Source: Candidatus Parcubacteria bacterium
GTDB lineage: Bacteria > Patescibacteriota > Minisyncoccia > UBA6257 > HR35
Direction: 5' to 3'
Assembly: GCA_025999335.1 (NCBI GenBank)
Contig: AP024681.1
Coordinates: 163,656 to 227,655, forward strand
DNA length: 64,000 nucleotides
In this document: positions 1-9,468 of the stretch, one piece after another
How the letters are laid out: each line of letters opens with the position of its first letter
How positions within the stretch are numbered: position 1 is the stretch's first letter
Notes under the pieces: generated by a model
Seen by the model: only the letters and a program-made list of their open reading frames with translations
Databases searched by the model: none
What the model was told of the DNA's origin: nothing
Translations under genes and position numbers: made by a program

Positions 1-508
1 CTTTACCTAAATTCACATAAACATTTCCATGTTGATCTCTTTTTTCAATAACTCCACTAATAACCTTACCTTCTTTTTCTTTAAAATCTGAGAAAAGGGA
101 TTGTTTTTCAATTTCCCGTAACTTTTGAATAATAACCTGTTTAGCAGTTTGCGCCGCGACACGACTAAAACTATCATTAGGAGGTAATTCGATATAAATT
201 TCCTGTCCTGGCAAACTATTACTATTAATCTTTTTTGCTTCTGAAAGTAAAATATTTCTATTACTATTAAAATTTTTGCCTAAATTTTCAGCCTCTTTAT
301 CATCAATAACTGTTTTAACTAAATAAAATTTAACTTCACCATTAGGTGTTTTTTTCGCTTTAACAATAACATCTCGCGAGAGCTGACTATCCTTTTTATA
401 AGCTATGCTTAACGCCTCTAATAAAGCATTTTCAACATCACTAACGCTTAAACCACGAGCATCGGAAATTTGGGTTATAAAATTATTAAACTGTTTCAAA
501 GAAATCAT
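1..508 (-). CDS. nusA: Transcription termination/antitermination factor NusA (N-terminal part, runs off window edge)
   Basis: Manual translation from ATG at 508: MISLKQFNNFITQISDARGLS...ALLEALSIAYKKD...FSRVAAQTAKQVIIQKLREIEK...GKVISGVVEK, matching the NusA N-terminal and S1 signature. Confidence 0.93.
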   Translation of the reverse strand, partial: MISLKQFNNFITQISDARGLSVSDVENALLEALSIAYKKDSQLSRDVIVKAKKTPNGEVKFYLVKTVIDDKEAENLGKNFNSNRNILLSEAKKINSNSLPGQEIYIELPPNDSFSRVAAQTAKQVIIQKLREIEKQSLFSDFKEKEGKVISGVIEKRDQHGNVYVNLGK

Positions 509-649
509 TGCTAAAAAGTTTTTTGATTATGTGACTTAAAAAATACAATTAAATGATTGATAATAAATTTATTATTAATTATAACATAAATAATCAACCA
601 AATACTTGTCAACTATTGATAAAAAACAAAATTAGCTTTAATTAAAAAA

Positions 650-796
650 TTATTTAAAGGGATTAATAGGATTTTTAATCTCTTGAAGAGGAGTAATTTT
701 AAAAAAGAAATTTTTATTATTATCAACCCAAAAAATCATTAAACTAATTATTAATACCCATAAAAATATATTAAAAAATTTTAAAAATTTATCCAT
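650..796 (-). CDS. Putative small single-TM protein (48 aa), not in ORF track
   Basis: MDKFLKFFNIFLWVLIISLMIFWVDNNKNFFFKITPLQEIKNPINPFK; its ATG directly follows the stop of the M23 gene. Confidence 0.55.
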   Translation of the reverse strand: MDKFLKFFNIFLWVLIISLMIFWVDNNKNFFFKITPLQEIKNPINPFK

Positions 797-1729
797 CTAC
801 TGCAATAAAGGATTCATTTTGCCACGTACTTCAAAATGCAAATTACAACCAGGATTACCAATAGTATAGCCAGTATTACCAACATAACCAATCAACTCTC
901 CTCCTTGTACCTGTTGTCCATCTTCTACGACAATTAACTGAAGATGGGCGTATAAAGTATAAAAATTAGAATTGTGTTTAATTAAAATATAGTTACCATA
1001 ACCACCGTTCCAACCTTCGCCAGTCTCTATCACCGTACCTTTTTTTGCTGCATAAACTTCAGTGCCACAAGGAGCGGCAATATCAGAAGCATTATTTCCA
1101 TGTTTAGTGCCCCAATTTAATCCTGAAACAGGAATAAGTATATCTCCTGCATTAGTTAAAGCAGCAACATATTTGCCAGCTAACTTCTTTACAGGCGGTT
1201 TTGATGGCAACAAAGCCACTGAACGAGCCGAAGGAATTACCAAGGAATCACCAACTTTAACAATTGATTTTTCTGTTAAATTATTTGCTTGTAAAATAAC
1301 CTCCACGGGCACTTTAAACATTTGACTGATTCGCCATAAATTATCACCTTGCTTCACTTTATAAACAAATTTTTTAGTTATATTTTTATTTTGCCCTTGA
1401 GAACTAATATCATTTTTCAAATTTTTATTTAAATTTAAAACTACCTTCTTCAACTCTTCAGGATTAATGTTGTTGGTATTTAAAAAATCATCATTATCAT
1501 TTTCTGTTGTCTCCTTAGAAGTATTAGCATCAATAAAATTATCCTGATTATCATAAGCACTTGCATCAATAGTCGCAGCAATAGCAAAAAATACATAGTA
1601 GAAATTAAGCAACAAAACCAAAGCTAAAATAAATTTTTTACGAAAAAATAAATTACTAATTTTTAATGTAAAATAAGCAATGGGACCTTTGTAAAAACTT
1701 ATAAACCAAATCAAATAACAAATCAACAC
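797..1729 (-). CDS. LysM + M23 family peptidoglycan peptidase
   Basis: LysM (YKVKQGDNLWRIS), M23 motifs HxxxD-like (HGNNASD), GYGNY, YAHL, LHFEV; N-terminal TM; exact start uncertain. Confidence 0.88.
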   Translation of the reverse strand: MLICYLIWFISFYKGPIAYFTLKISNLFFRKKFILALVLLLNFYYVFFAIAATIDASAYDNQDNFIDANTSKETTENDNDDFLNTNNINPEELKKVVLNLNKNLKNDISSQGQNKNITKKFVYKVKQGDNLWRISQMFKVPVEVILQANNLTEKSIVKVGDSLVIPSARSVALLPSKPPVKKLAGKYVAALTNAGDILIPVSGLNWGTKHGNNASDIAAPCGTEVYAAKKGTVIETGEGWNGGYGNYILIKHNSNFYTLYAHLQLIVVEDGQQVQGGELIGYVGNTGYTIGNPGCNLHFEVRGKMNPLLQ

Positions 1730-1767
1730 TGACTTTAATTATAAAATTATACCATAGAAAAAATATA

Positions 1768-2490
1768 ATGACCCAAAAAAGATTTAGTCAAAATTTCCTG
1801 AAAAATAAAGGCTTTTTAAAGCTAATTGCCCAAAATTTAGATATCAATAAAGACGATACGATTATTGAAATCGGCGGAGGCCATGGAGAGTTAACTCAAT
1901 ATTTAAGCTCCGGACATAAAATAATCGTTTATGAAATAGACAAGCGCTTAGCTTTTAGATTAAAAAATAAATTTAAAGAAAACAAAAATATTATTATAAA
2001 AAATCAAGATTTTCTCAAAGCTAAATTAAGTTTATTTAATAATAACTATAAACTTGTCGGCAATATACCTTATGGTATAACTGGATTAATTTTTAGAAAA
2101 ATTCTCACTTTAAAGAATAAACCTAAAATTCTAGTTTTTACCATTCAAAAAGAAAAAGCTCAAACAATGCTTCAACCTCATAGCCTTTGGAATAATTGGA
2201 TAAAAATTTGGGGTGATATTCAAAGAATAGCTATTATTGATAAAAAAAATTTTCAACCTCAACCCAAGGTTGATTCAGCTATTATTAAAATTAATTTCTA
2301 TAACCAACCTTTAGTTGATAAACCTGAATTATTTATAAAATTCCTAAAAAAAATATACCAAAGGCCTAATAAAAAAATTAAAAATAACTATCAATTGCCA
2401 CCTGATTTAATGATTTATAATAATTTAAGAGCTCGACAATTAACTTTTAATGATTTAATTTTCATCTATAAATCACTAAATAAAAAATGA
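1768..2490 (+). CDS. rsmA: 16S rRNA m6(2)A dimethyltransferase KsgA/RsmA
   Basis: SQNFL, EIGGGHGELT, GNIPY, PQPKVDS motifs. Confidence 0.93.
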   Translation: MTQKRFSQNFLKNKGFLKLIAQNLDINKDDTIIEIGGGHGELTQYLSSGHKIIVYEIDKRLAFRLKNKFKENKNIIIKNQDFLKAKLSLFNNNYKLVGNIPYGITGLIFRKILTLKNKPKILVFTIQKEKAQTMLQPHSLWNNWIKIWGDIQRIAIIDKKNFQPQPKVDSAIIKINFYNQPLVDKPELFIKFLKKIYQRPNKKIKNNYQLPPDLMIYNNLRARQLTFNDLIFIYKSLNKK

Positions 2491-3140
2491 TCATTTTTGA
2501 TATTATTACCCTATTTCCTGAAAGTTTTAGTTATTTAAAAACATCAATTTTAAACAAAGCACAGGCAAAAGGATTAATTAAAATTAATTTTTGGGATTTA
2601 AAAAATTTTGCCCCACGACACGAAATTGACGACAAACCCTATGGCGGAGGACCAGGTATGGTTATTAAATTTCAACCTGTTTATTCAGCCTTAACAAAAG
2701 CAAAAAAAGCTTTTCACACTAAAAAACGAAAAATCATCTTAACTCATCCTGCTGGTAAACTTTTTAATCAAAACTTAGCTAAAAAATTAGCTCAACAAAA
2801 ACAAATAATTATTATCTGCGGTCATTATGAAGGCATTGATGCTCGCATAGAAAAATTTGTAGATTTAAAATTATCTATCGGCAATTATATCCTTACAGGC
2901 GGCGAATTACCAGCAATGGTTATGATTGATGCTATTAGTCGACATTTAAAAGGTGTTCTTCATAATCCTTTATCGCTCGAAGAAAAAAGATATAAACAAA
3001 CCTTATCTTATCCTGTTTATACTAGACCTGAGATTATACAAATAAAAGGACGAAAACTTAAAACTCCTAAGATCTTGCTTAGCGGCAATCACCAATCAAT
3101 TAAAGAATGGCGCTTAAAAAAAGCTAAAAAAATTATTTAG
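2487..3140 (+). CDS. trmD: tRNA (guanine-N1)-methyltransferase TrmD
   Basis: DDKPYGGGPGM, CGHYEGID, SIGNYILTGGE, YTRP, LLSGNH. Confidence 0.97.
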   Translation: MIIFDIITLFPESFSYLKTSILNKAQAKGLIKINFWDLKNFAPRHEIDDKPYGGGPGMVIKFQPVYSALTKAKKAFHTKKRKIILTHPAGKLFNQNLAKKLAQQKQIIIICGHYEGIDARIEKFVDLKLSIGNYILTGGELPAMVMIDAISRHLKGVLHNPLSLEEKRYKQTLSYPVYTRPEIIQIKGRKLKTPKILLSGNHQSIKEWRLKKAKKII

Positions 3141-3828
3141 AATTTAAAGATTTATCAATATTTGAAGAATTAGCTTTTAATTCTGTTAAAATAATTTTTC
3201 TAAAAGCATTGTAATTAGGAGGATTATTGATAACTTTGCCATTAACAAAAAAAGTTGGAGTTTGTTGAATATTATTAGCTAAAGCTTTCATATAAGCTTG
3301 ATCAACTTTTTGCATAATTTCTGCTGAATTTAAATCAAACATAAATTTATTAACATCTAATTGCAATTCTTGCGCATATTTTTTAAAAACATTTTCAACA
3401 TTAATATTATTTGCCAATGACCATTCCTTTTGTCTCTCAAACAAAAGATTATGCATTTCCCAAAATTTATTTTGCTTGCCAGCAGCTTCAGCAGCCCGGG
3501 CTGCTAATTTAGCATATTTATGAAAAGGCAAAGGAAAATGTCGATAAACAAAAGCCAAGTCAGCATTAAGGTCATAATCTTCTAAAAGTTGCCTAACTAG
3601 TGAGTAATAATTAGCGCAGGCAGGACATTGAAAATCACTATATTCAACAATAATAACTTTTGCTTTTTTATCGCCTTTAATCCAATCACCATCATTGACT
3701 GGTTCAAATTTAAGATAACTCTTTTGTTTAGTATTAACAAAATTAATAACTGATAAAACCAAAACAAAAATTAAAATAAAAACTAAAAAATAAGTTGCTA
3801 ATATTTCTTTAGAGCTTTTTTTATCCAT
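3133..3828 (-). CDS. DsbA-family thiol-disulfide oxidoreductase, membrane-anchored
   Basis: EYSDFQCPAC, YRHFPL, TPTFFVNG; N-terminal TM. Confidence 0.9.
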   Translation of the reverse strand: MDKKSSKEILATYFLVFILIFVLVLSVINFVNTKQKSYLKFEPVNDGDWIKGDKKAKVIIVEYSDFQCPACANYYSLVRQLLEDYDLNADLAFVYRHFPLPFHKYAKLAARAAEAAGKQNKFWEMHNLLFERQKEWSLANNINVENVFKKYAQELQLDVNKFMFDLNSAEIMQKVDQAYMKALANNIQQTPTFFVNGKVINNPPNYNAFRKIILTELKANSSNIDKSLNSK

Positions 3829-4070
3829 TATTCATTAAAAAATAGCCATAATTAATAAAGATCAATCAAAATCTCTATCTATATAATGGCACTTAAATTC
3901 ATTTTATCAAAAATTAATCATTTTATTAAATAAAATTATCGCTTCTTTAAAATATATTAATAAAAAATAATACAGCTCATCAAAAATTATTAAGATTATT
4001 AAAATCTATTAGTACAATGTTTTATATTACCTCTAAAAATAGTATTCTTAAAATTGGAATATTTATTAAG

Positions 4071-4142
4071 TGGGTACGGTAGGGATCGAACCTACGACCT
4101 CCGTCTTATCAGGACGGCGTTCTACCACTGAACTACGTACCC
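4071..4142 (-). tRNA. tRNA-Ile(GAT)
   Basis: Cloverleaf; anticodon arm CCGTC-CTGATAA-GACGG; T-loop GTTCGAT; CCA not encoded. Confidence 0.96.
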
Positions 4143-4165
4143 TTTTAAAAAAAATTTATAATTTG

Positions 4166-4239
4166 CGCGGGCGACCGGACTCGAACCGGCGACCTCCGCC
4201 GTGACAGGGCGGCGTTCTAACCAACTGAACTACGCCCGC
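4166..4239 (-). tRNA. tRNA-Asp(GTC)
   Basis: Acceptor GCGGGCG/CGCCCGC; anticodon arm CCGCC-CTGTCAC-GGCGG. Confidence 0.96.
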
Positions 4240-4251
4240 TGGTTATAGCAA

Positions 4252-4839
4252 TTAAGCTCTTTTATTAAGTATTTTATCAATAACTCCATAATCTTTAGCT
4301 TCTTCTGCAGATAGCCAAAAATCTCGATCAGTATCTTTTTCTATACGCTCTAAAGGCTGACCTGTATGTTTTGATAATATTTCATTAACTCTTGACTTAA
4401 TTTTTAGTATTTCTTTAGCAGCAATCTCTATTTCTGTTGCTTGACCAGATAAAGGACCAGCCATAACTTGATGCATTAAAACTTCAGTGTTTGGTAAAGC
4501 AAATCTTTTACCTTTTGTGCCTGCTGACAACAATATTGTTGCTGCCGAAGCTACTATGCCTATGCCTATTGTTTGAACATCGCATTTAATAAACTGCATT
4601 GTGTCATAAATAGCTAAAGCTGAATGAACTTCGCCACCAGGACTATGAATATAAAAATGAATATCTTTATGAGGATCTTCATGTTCTAAATATAACAATT
4701 GGGCAATTAAGCTATTGGCTACCAAATCATTAATTGGCGTTCCTAAAAAAATAATTCTTTCTTTTAACAAACGTGAATAGATATCATACGCCCTTTCGCC
4801 AAATTGTGTTTTTTCAATAACTATTGGTACTAAATCCAT
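4252..4839 (-). CDS. clpP: ATP-dependent Clp protease proteolytic subunit
   Basis: [30 protein letters not shown]. Confidence 0.97.
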   Translation of the reverse strand: MDLVPIVIEKTQFGERAYDIYSRLLKERIIFLGTPINDLVANSLIAQLLYLEHEDPHKDIHFYIHSPGGEVHSALAIYDTMQFIKCDVQTIGIGIVASAATILLSAGTKGKRFALPNTEVLMHQVMAGPLSGQATEIEIAAKEILKIKSRVNEILSKHTGQPLERIEKDTDRDFWLSAEEAKDYGVIDKILNKRA

Positions 4840-4880
4840 TTTGTTTAAAAAAATAATTAATATCGCAAAATAAAAAAGAG

Positions 4881-5480
4881 CTATTTAGAACCATATCTAA
4901 GCACTATATTAAATTTTAACATAATTAACAAAAAAAGCAAAAGGATTGCATTTCTTGTTAAAAAATTAAAAGGTAAAAAACTATATATAAAAATTCCCTC
5001 AAAAATAATTAAACCAAGAATTAACGAATTAAGCAAAGAATAGTTTAAAAAAAATCTAGCAAACAAAATACTTATAAATACACTAAAATATAAAAAACCA
5101 ACTAAACCAAAAATATTTAAATGATATAACAACAAAGCTGTTAACAAGGAACAGAAATAAATTAACAAATTAACAAATTCTTTCTTTTGTAAATAAAAAA
5201 TTATAATCAAAAATAAAATTGCCGTAAGAATATTGTTTAAAAAAGATTTTGAAACAACATATAAAATTTGGGAATCGATATGTTTTAAAAAAAATAGCGC
5301 TGGCAAAAAAATAAACGCAAAATAAAAAGCTTTAAAGAAAAAACCTAATTTATACCAAAAAATAAAGAGCGCTATAAAAAATAAAAAAATATTATTTCTA
5401 TAAAACATAAAACTCACTAAAGCAGCACTAAAAATAATAAACCAATTATTAAATATCCAAATTTTTAACTTCCTGAGCAT
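4881..5480 (-). CDS. Hypothetical multi-pass membrane protein
   Basis: Highly hydrophobic 199-aa ORF overlapping the gyrB 3' end. Confidence 0.6.
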   Translation of the reverse strand: MLRKLKIWIFNNWFIIFSAALVSFMFYRNNIFLFFIALFIFWYKLGFFFKAFYFAFIFLPALFFLKHIDSQILYVVSKSFLNNILTAILFLIIIFYLQKKEFVNLLIYFCSLLTALLLYHLNIFGLVGFLYFSVFISILFARFFLNYSLLNSLILGLIIFEGIFIYSFLPFNFLTRNAILLLFLLIMLKFNIVLRYGSK

Positions 5481-7380
5481 AGGTTTCTATAAAATTACGC
5501 CTCGGTCCTACTTCTTCACCCATCAAAATGGTAAACAATCTATCAGCCTCTTCGGCATCTTCGATGGTAACTTTTTTTAATAAACGGAAAGCAGGATTTA
5601 GAGTTGTCTCCCATAATTCTTCTGGATTCATTTCGCCTAAACCTTTATATCTTTGAACATCAATATTAGCTTTTTTGCTGTGCAATTCTTTAATAATTTT
5701 TTCTTTTTCTCTGTCATTATAAGCATAATAAACATCTTTGCCAGCTTTAATTTTATATAAAGGTGGCTGCGCAACATAAACAAAACCATTCTCTAACAAA
5801 GGCTTCAAAAAACGATAAAACAAAGTAAGCAATAAAGTACGAATATGATTGCCATCGCTATCAGCATCGGTAGCTATAATAATTTTTCCATAGCGTAAAC
5901 CATCTAAATTAAAATCATTGCCAAAGCCAGTCCCCAAAGCAATAATCAAATTTTTAATTTCTTGTGATTTAATAATTTTATCAACACTAGCTTTTTCAAC
6001 ATTTAAAATTTTACCTCTTAATGGCAATACGGCTTGAAAATTACGATCACGACCTTGTTTAGCAGAACCGCCTGCGGAATCACCTTCAACGATAAACAAC
6101 TCTCTTTGATTAACATCTCTTGATGAACAATCAGCGAGTTTACCTGATAAAGTAAGCCCTGCTTGGATTCTTTTTTTAAAAATAGCTTCTTTAGCGGCAC
6201 GCGCAGCTTTTCTTGCTTGAACATTTAACAAAATACGCGTTACCAAAGAACGAGCTTGACTAGGGTTTTTGTGCAAGTATTCTTCTAATTTAGAAACAAT
6301 AACATTTTCAACCAATGATTTAACTTCAGGATTGCCCAATTTACTTTTTGTTTGTCCCTCAAATTGAGGTTCATTAATTCTTAAAGACAACACGGATATT
6401 AAACCTCCTCGAATATCGTCAACAGTAATTGATAAATTATCTTTATCTTTAAGCAAATTTAAATCTCGAGCTACTTTATTTAAAACTTTCACCAAACCAT
6501 AACGAAAACCGGTGGCATGGGTACCGCCTTCACTATTAATAATATTATTAGTAAAAAAATATTCAATGTTTTCTGCAGATTCTGAGTAAGTAAAAGCAAC
6601 ATCAAGAACATAATCATTATCAATCTGATTAATATATATATAATCATCTAAAACAATATTTTTATTTAAAATTAAATGTTCAATAAAAACCTTAATGCCT
6701 TTTTCAAAATAAAAACTGTATTTAAAATCATTAGGAGAATCAATAAAATTAATATGTAAATAAGGCGTTAAATAAGCTTGATGCCGTAAATATTCTAATA
6801 TTTTTTTTCTATCAAAAGCTATCTTCGTAAATATAGAATCATCAGGCTCAAAAAGAATAGTTGTTCCTGAATCTTTTGCTGGACGACCTCTTTTTAAAGC
6901 GCTTATAGCTTTACCGCAACGATATTCTTGAGTCCAAATATAGCCATCTCTTTTTACTTCAGCTTTAAGATATTTAGACAAAGCATTAACAACGGAAATG
7001 CCTACGCCATGCAAACCGCCAGCTGATTTATAAACTTTCTGTTCAAATTTACCACCAGCATGCAAAACTGTCAAAACAGTCTCTAAAGCTGATTTCTTTG
7101 TTTTAGGATGAATATCAACAGGAATACCTCTACCATCATCGCTAACTTTTATTTGATTATTAGTTACTATTTCAACAGTAATATTTTTAGCATAGCCAGC
7201 TAAACTTTCATCAACGGCATTAGCAACTACTTCCCAAATTAAATGATGCAAACCGTCGCTACCGGTTCCACCAATATACATCCCTGGCCTTTTGCGCACG
7301 GCTTCAATACCTTCTAAAACTTGAATAGATGAAGCTTTATAATCGTGGTAATGAGTTTTATTTTTATCTTCTTTGTCCAT
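5449..7380 (-). CDS. gyrB: DNA gyrase subunit B
   Basis: VRKRPGMYIG, DDGRGIP, GGLHGVG, EGDSAGG, PLRGK, QRYKGLGEM. Confidence 0.97.
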   Translation of the reverse strand: MDKEDKNKTHYHDYKASSIQVLEGIEAVRKRPGMYIGGTGSDGLHHLIWEVVANAVDESLAGYAKNITVEIVTNNQIKVSDDGRGIPVDIHPKTKKSALETVLTVLHAGGKFEQKVYKSAGGLHGVGISVVNALSKYLKAEVKRDGYIWTQEYRCGKAISALKRGRPAKDSGTTILFEPDDSIFTKIAFDRKKILEYLRHQAYLTPYLHINFIDSPNDFKYSFYFEKGIKVFIEHLILNKNIVLDDYIYINQIDNDYVLDVAFTYSESAENIEYFFTNNIINSEGGTHATGFRYGLVKVLNKVARDLNLLKDKDNLSITVDDIRGGLISVLSLRINEPQFEGQTKSKLGNPEVKSLVENVIVSKLEEYLHKNPSQARSLVTRILLNVQARKAARAAKEAIFKKRIQAGLTLSGKLADCSSRDVNQRELFIVEGDSAGGSAKQGRDRNFQAVLPLRGKILNVEKASVDKIIKSQEIKNLIIALGTGFGNDFNLDGLRYGKIIIATDADSDGNHIRTLLLTLFYRFLKPLLENGFVYVAQPPLYKIKAGKDVYYAYNDREKEKIIKELHSKKANIDVQRYKGLGEMNPEELWETTLNPAFRLLKKVTIEDAEEADRLFTILMGEEVGPRRNFIETYAQEVKNLDI

Positions 7381-7445
7381 TAAAAATTTAATTGAAAATC
7401 TAATTAAGCCTCTTCTAATCGCGAACTATATAAAAGAGCGAAAAA

Positions 7446-7778
7446 TTATTCTTTTAAATCTTGAATAATTTCTTCGCTTTTTAGAACAGATGATTTTGTG
7501 GTTTTTTGAGCAATTGCTTTATCTAAAGGCGTTGGTTCTTCTATTTTAATATTAACACGAGCATGACTTTTAGTGCCAATAGCTTTAACAATAGTTTTAA
7601 TAGCATTAATATGAACGCCCTTTGAACCTATAACCAATCCCATATCTTGAGGATGCAACTTTACTTTCAATAAAACGCCCATCTCATCAATAATTCGTTG
7701 CACTTTAACCTCGTCAGGATGATTAACTAACGCGCTTAAAATATTTTCTAAAACAGTTTGATAAATCGGTTTTTCCAT
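7446..7778 (-). CDS. khpA: KH-domain RNA-binding protein (KhpA/YlqC family)
   Basis: LVNHPDEV...DMGLVIGSKG...AIKTIV KH motif. Confidence 0.85.
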   Translation of the reverse strand: MEKPIYQTVLENILSALVNHPDEVKVQRIIDEMGVLLKVKLHPQDMGLVIGSKGVHINAIKTIVKAIGTKSHARVNIKIEEPTPLDKAIAQKTTKSSVLKSEEIIQDLKE

Positions 7779-7835
7779 TATTGATTCTAAAATTTCAATT
7801 CAATCGCGACTCTAAAAATTATTTATATATTCTTA

Positions 7836-7844
7836 TTATACCAA
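7836..7844 (-). promoter_or_regulatory. Extended -10 promoter (TGGTATAAT) for khpA
   Basis: Plus-strand attatacca upstream of khpA. Confidence 0.55.
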
Positions 7845-7863
7845 ACTTTTTCAGAAGCCCAAA

Positions 7864-9468
7864 TTAATAAACTTTAATAATAATTCTTTGAGGGTCCAGA
7901 GGTAATGTTTTACGCCAAGACGGTGTTAATTTAATCTCAATATTTGCTAAATCTAAAGCATATTCTTTTTGAAATTCAGAAAATAATTCTTCAACTTTTT
8001 CAATTGGCAAACCAACTAACCTTTTTTTAAGCAAATCAGTATTAACATTGCTTGCTAACTCACCACTAACATTGGCAATCAGGCTCATTGTTTTATCCTT
8101 ATTGTTAAAGGGCAAGATTAAATTAACTGAATAATTTAAATTTTTAATTGCTAAGTTTTTGTTAGTTTTTAAAACATCTTCATTAATAAGCGTGCGGAGA
8201 AAGTTTTCAAAGTCTTTTTTTGAAATCATCAATGTCTCAAAACTAATTTTACCAGTCACAGAAACTGTATTTGATTTAGCGCCCGGAGAATGAGATATAG
8301 AAATAATATCTATGGGCTTTAGCAATTTTTTATCAATGAAATAAATATAATCGTTATATTTAATCTTTAATTGGCTTTCTAACAAATCTTCTAATGATTT
8401 TTGTAAAACTTGTTTAGCGTTGCTTATATCATTTTCAGTAACAATATTAATTTGCTCCTGCGAAAAAGTACCACCTAATTTAAAATAAGAGGCAGTACGA
8501 ACTTTAACAATATCAGAAAACAAACGACCATCAGCTGCTCTTGTTTTATTTTCTTCCCATGTCATAACTTTTAATTCGGTATCCGTAGCCAATTCAAGAT
8601 TCTGGTCTGCAGCTTTATCTAAAAAAGCTGTAGCTGTTTTAACGCCTGGATTATCATTGGAACCTGAAGGAATAACTACTGCTTCAAGAGTTCTAAAAAT
8701 ATTATCGCCAAAACTCAAACGCGTACCTTCTTTTAAGGGTATGTCATAAGCATAAGTACTAAAAAAAGTAACATTCACCAAAGGTTTGCTTACTTCATTT
8801 AAAGTAATACCTGTAGTTGTAACTGAAATAGTATGATTTAATTCTTCTTTAATATAACGACCACCAATAACTCTATTTTTATAATCTGGTACTAAAAGAC
8901 CATCTTTGACAGAAATAAGCAGATTTTTTAAATTAGGATTAATTGATTCTAAAGTTGTTTTTTTAGTAAATATAGATATTTCTGCTTTGGTTTGCAAAAT
9001 AAAAATAAAAAAATAAACAATAAAGCCTACACTACCTATTCCCAAAGCATATAAAAATATTTTTTTCAACGAAAATGATAGATTTAATCTTTTACTTGGT
9101 TTTTTATAAGTAATCGATTCTTTAATCTCTTTTGCTCCTGTTGTGACTGTTGTTGAAGTTTTAGGATGGGAAATTGTTTTGGGAGGCCTAATATCAACTA
9201 TAGGCTGAGGTTCAATCTCTGATAAAAATAAATTAATATTAAAATCTCGTGCTAAATTAATTATTCTTTTATCTTCGCTATCTATATAAACTTCTTTTCT
9301 TAGTCTATCAATCTCATTTTTTAATAGTTCAAAATTGACGGGATGCAATAAAGCATGGCAATTTTCAGGCACTATTAAAATAATTTCTTTTTCTTTTGTT
9401 GACCTTAACTTTTCGATAATCTCTCCAATCTCTTCGTCGCCTTTAATATATATATAAACTTTATTCAT
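7864..9468 (-). CDS. Hypothetical single-pass membrane protein (resembles CPR proteins annotated baseplate J-like)
   Basis: N-terminal alpha/beta domain, Thr/Pro/Lys linker, one TM, large C-terminal domain; family call from recollection only. Confidence 0.45.
   Translation of the reverse strand: MNKVYIYIKGDEEIGEIIEKLRSTKEKEIILIVPENCHALLHPVNFELLKNEIDRLRKEVYIDSEDKRIINLARDFNINLFLSEIEPQPIVDIRPPKTISHPKTSTTVTTGAKEIKESITYKKPSKRLNLSFSLKKIFLYALGIGSVGFIVYFFIFILQTKAEISIFTKKTTLESINPNLKNLLISVKDGLLVPDYKNRVIGGRYIKEELNHTISVTTTGITLNEVSKPLVNVTFFSTYAYDIPLKEGTRLSFGDNIFRTLEAVVIPSGSNDNPGVKTATAFLDKAADQNLELATDTELKVMTWEENKTRAADGRLFSDIVKVRTASYFKLGGTFSQEQINIVTENDISNAKQVLQKSLEDLLESQLKIKYNDYIYFIDKKLLKPIDIISISHSPGAKSNTVSVTGKISFETLMISKKDFENFLRTLINEDVLKTNKNLAIKNLNYSVNLILPFNNKDKTMSLIANVSGELASNVNTDLLKKRLVGLPIEKVEELFSEFQKEYALDLANIEIKLTPSWRKTLPLDPQRIIIKVY

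Noticed and set aside
1062-1325. Antisense or alternative-frame ORFs (also 6018, 14121, 25293, 27524, 30184, 35532, 39066, 41229, 41550, 46298, 49308, 54497, 55201, 56039, 60071)
   Set aside because: Shadows of well-supported genes, with no recognisable motifs
7864-9468. Prophage or contractile tail locus
   Set aside because: A single gene in housekeeping context, with no other phage structural genes
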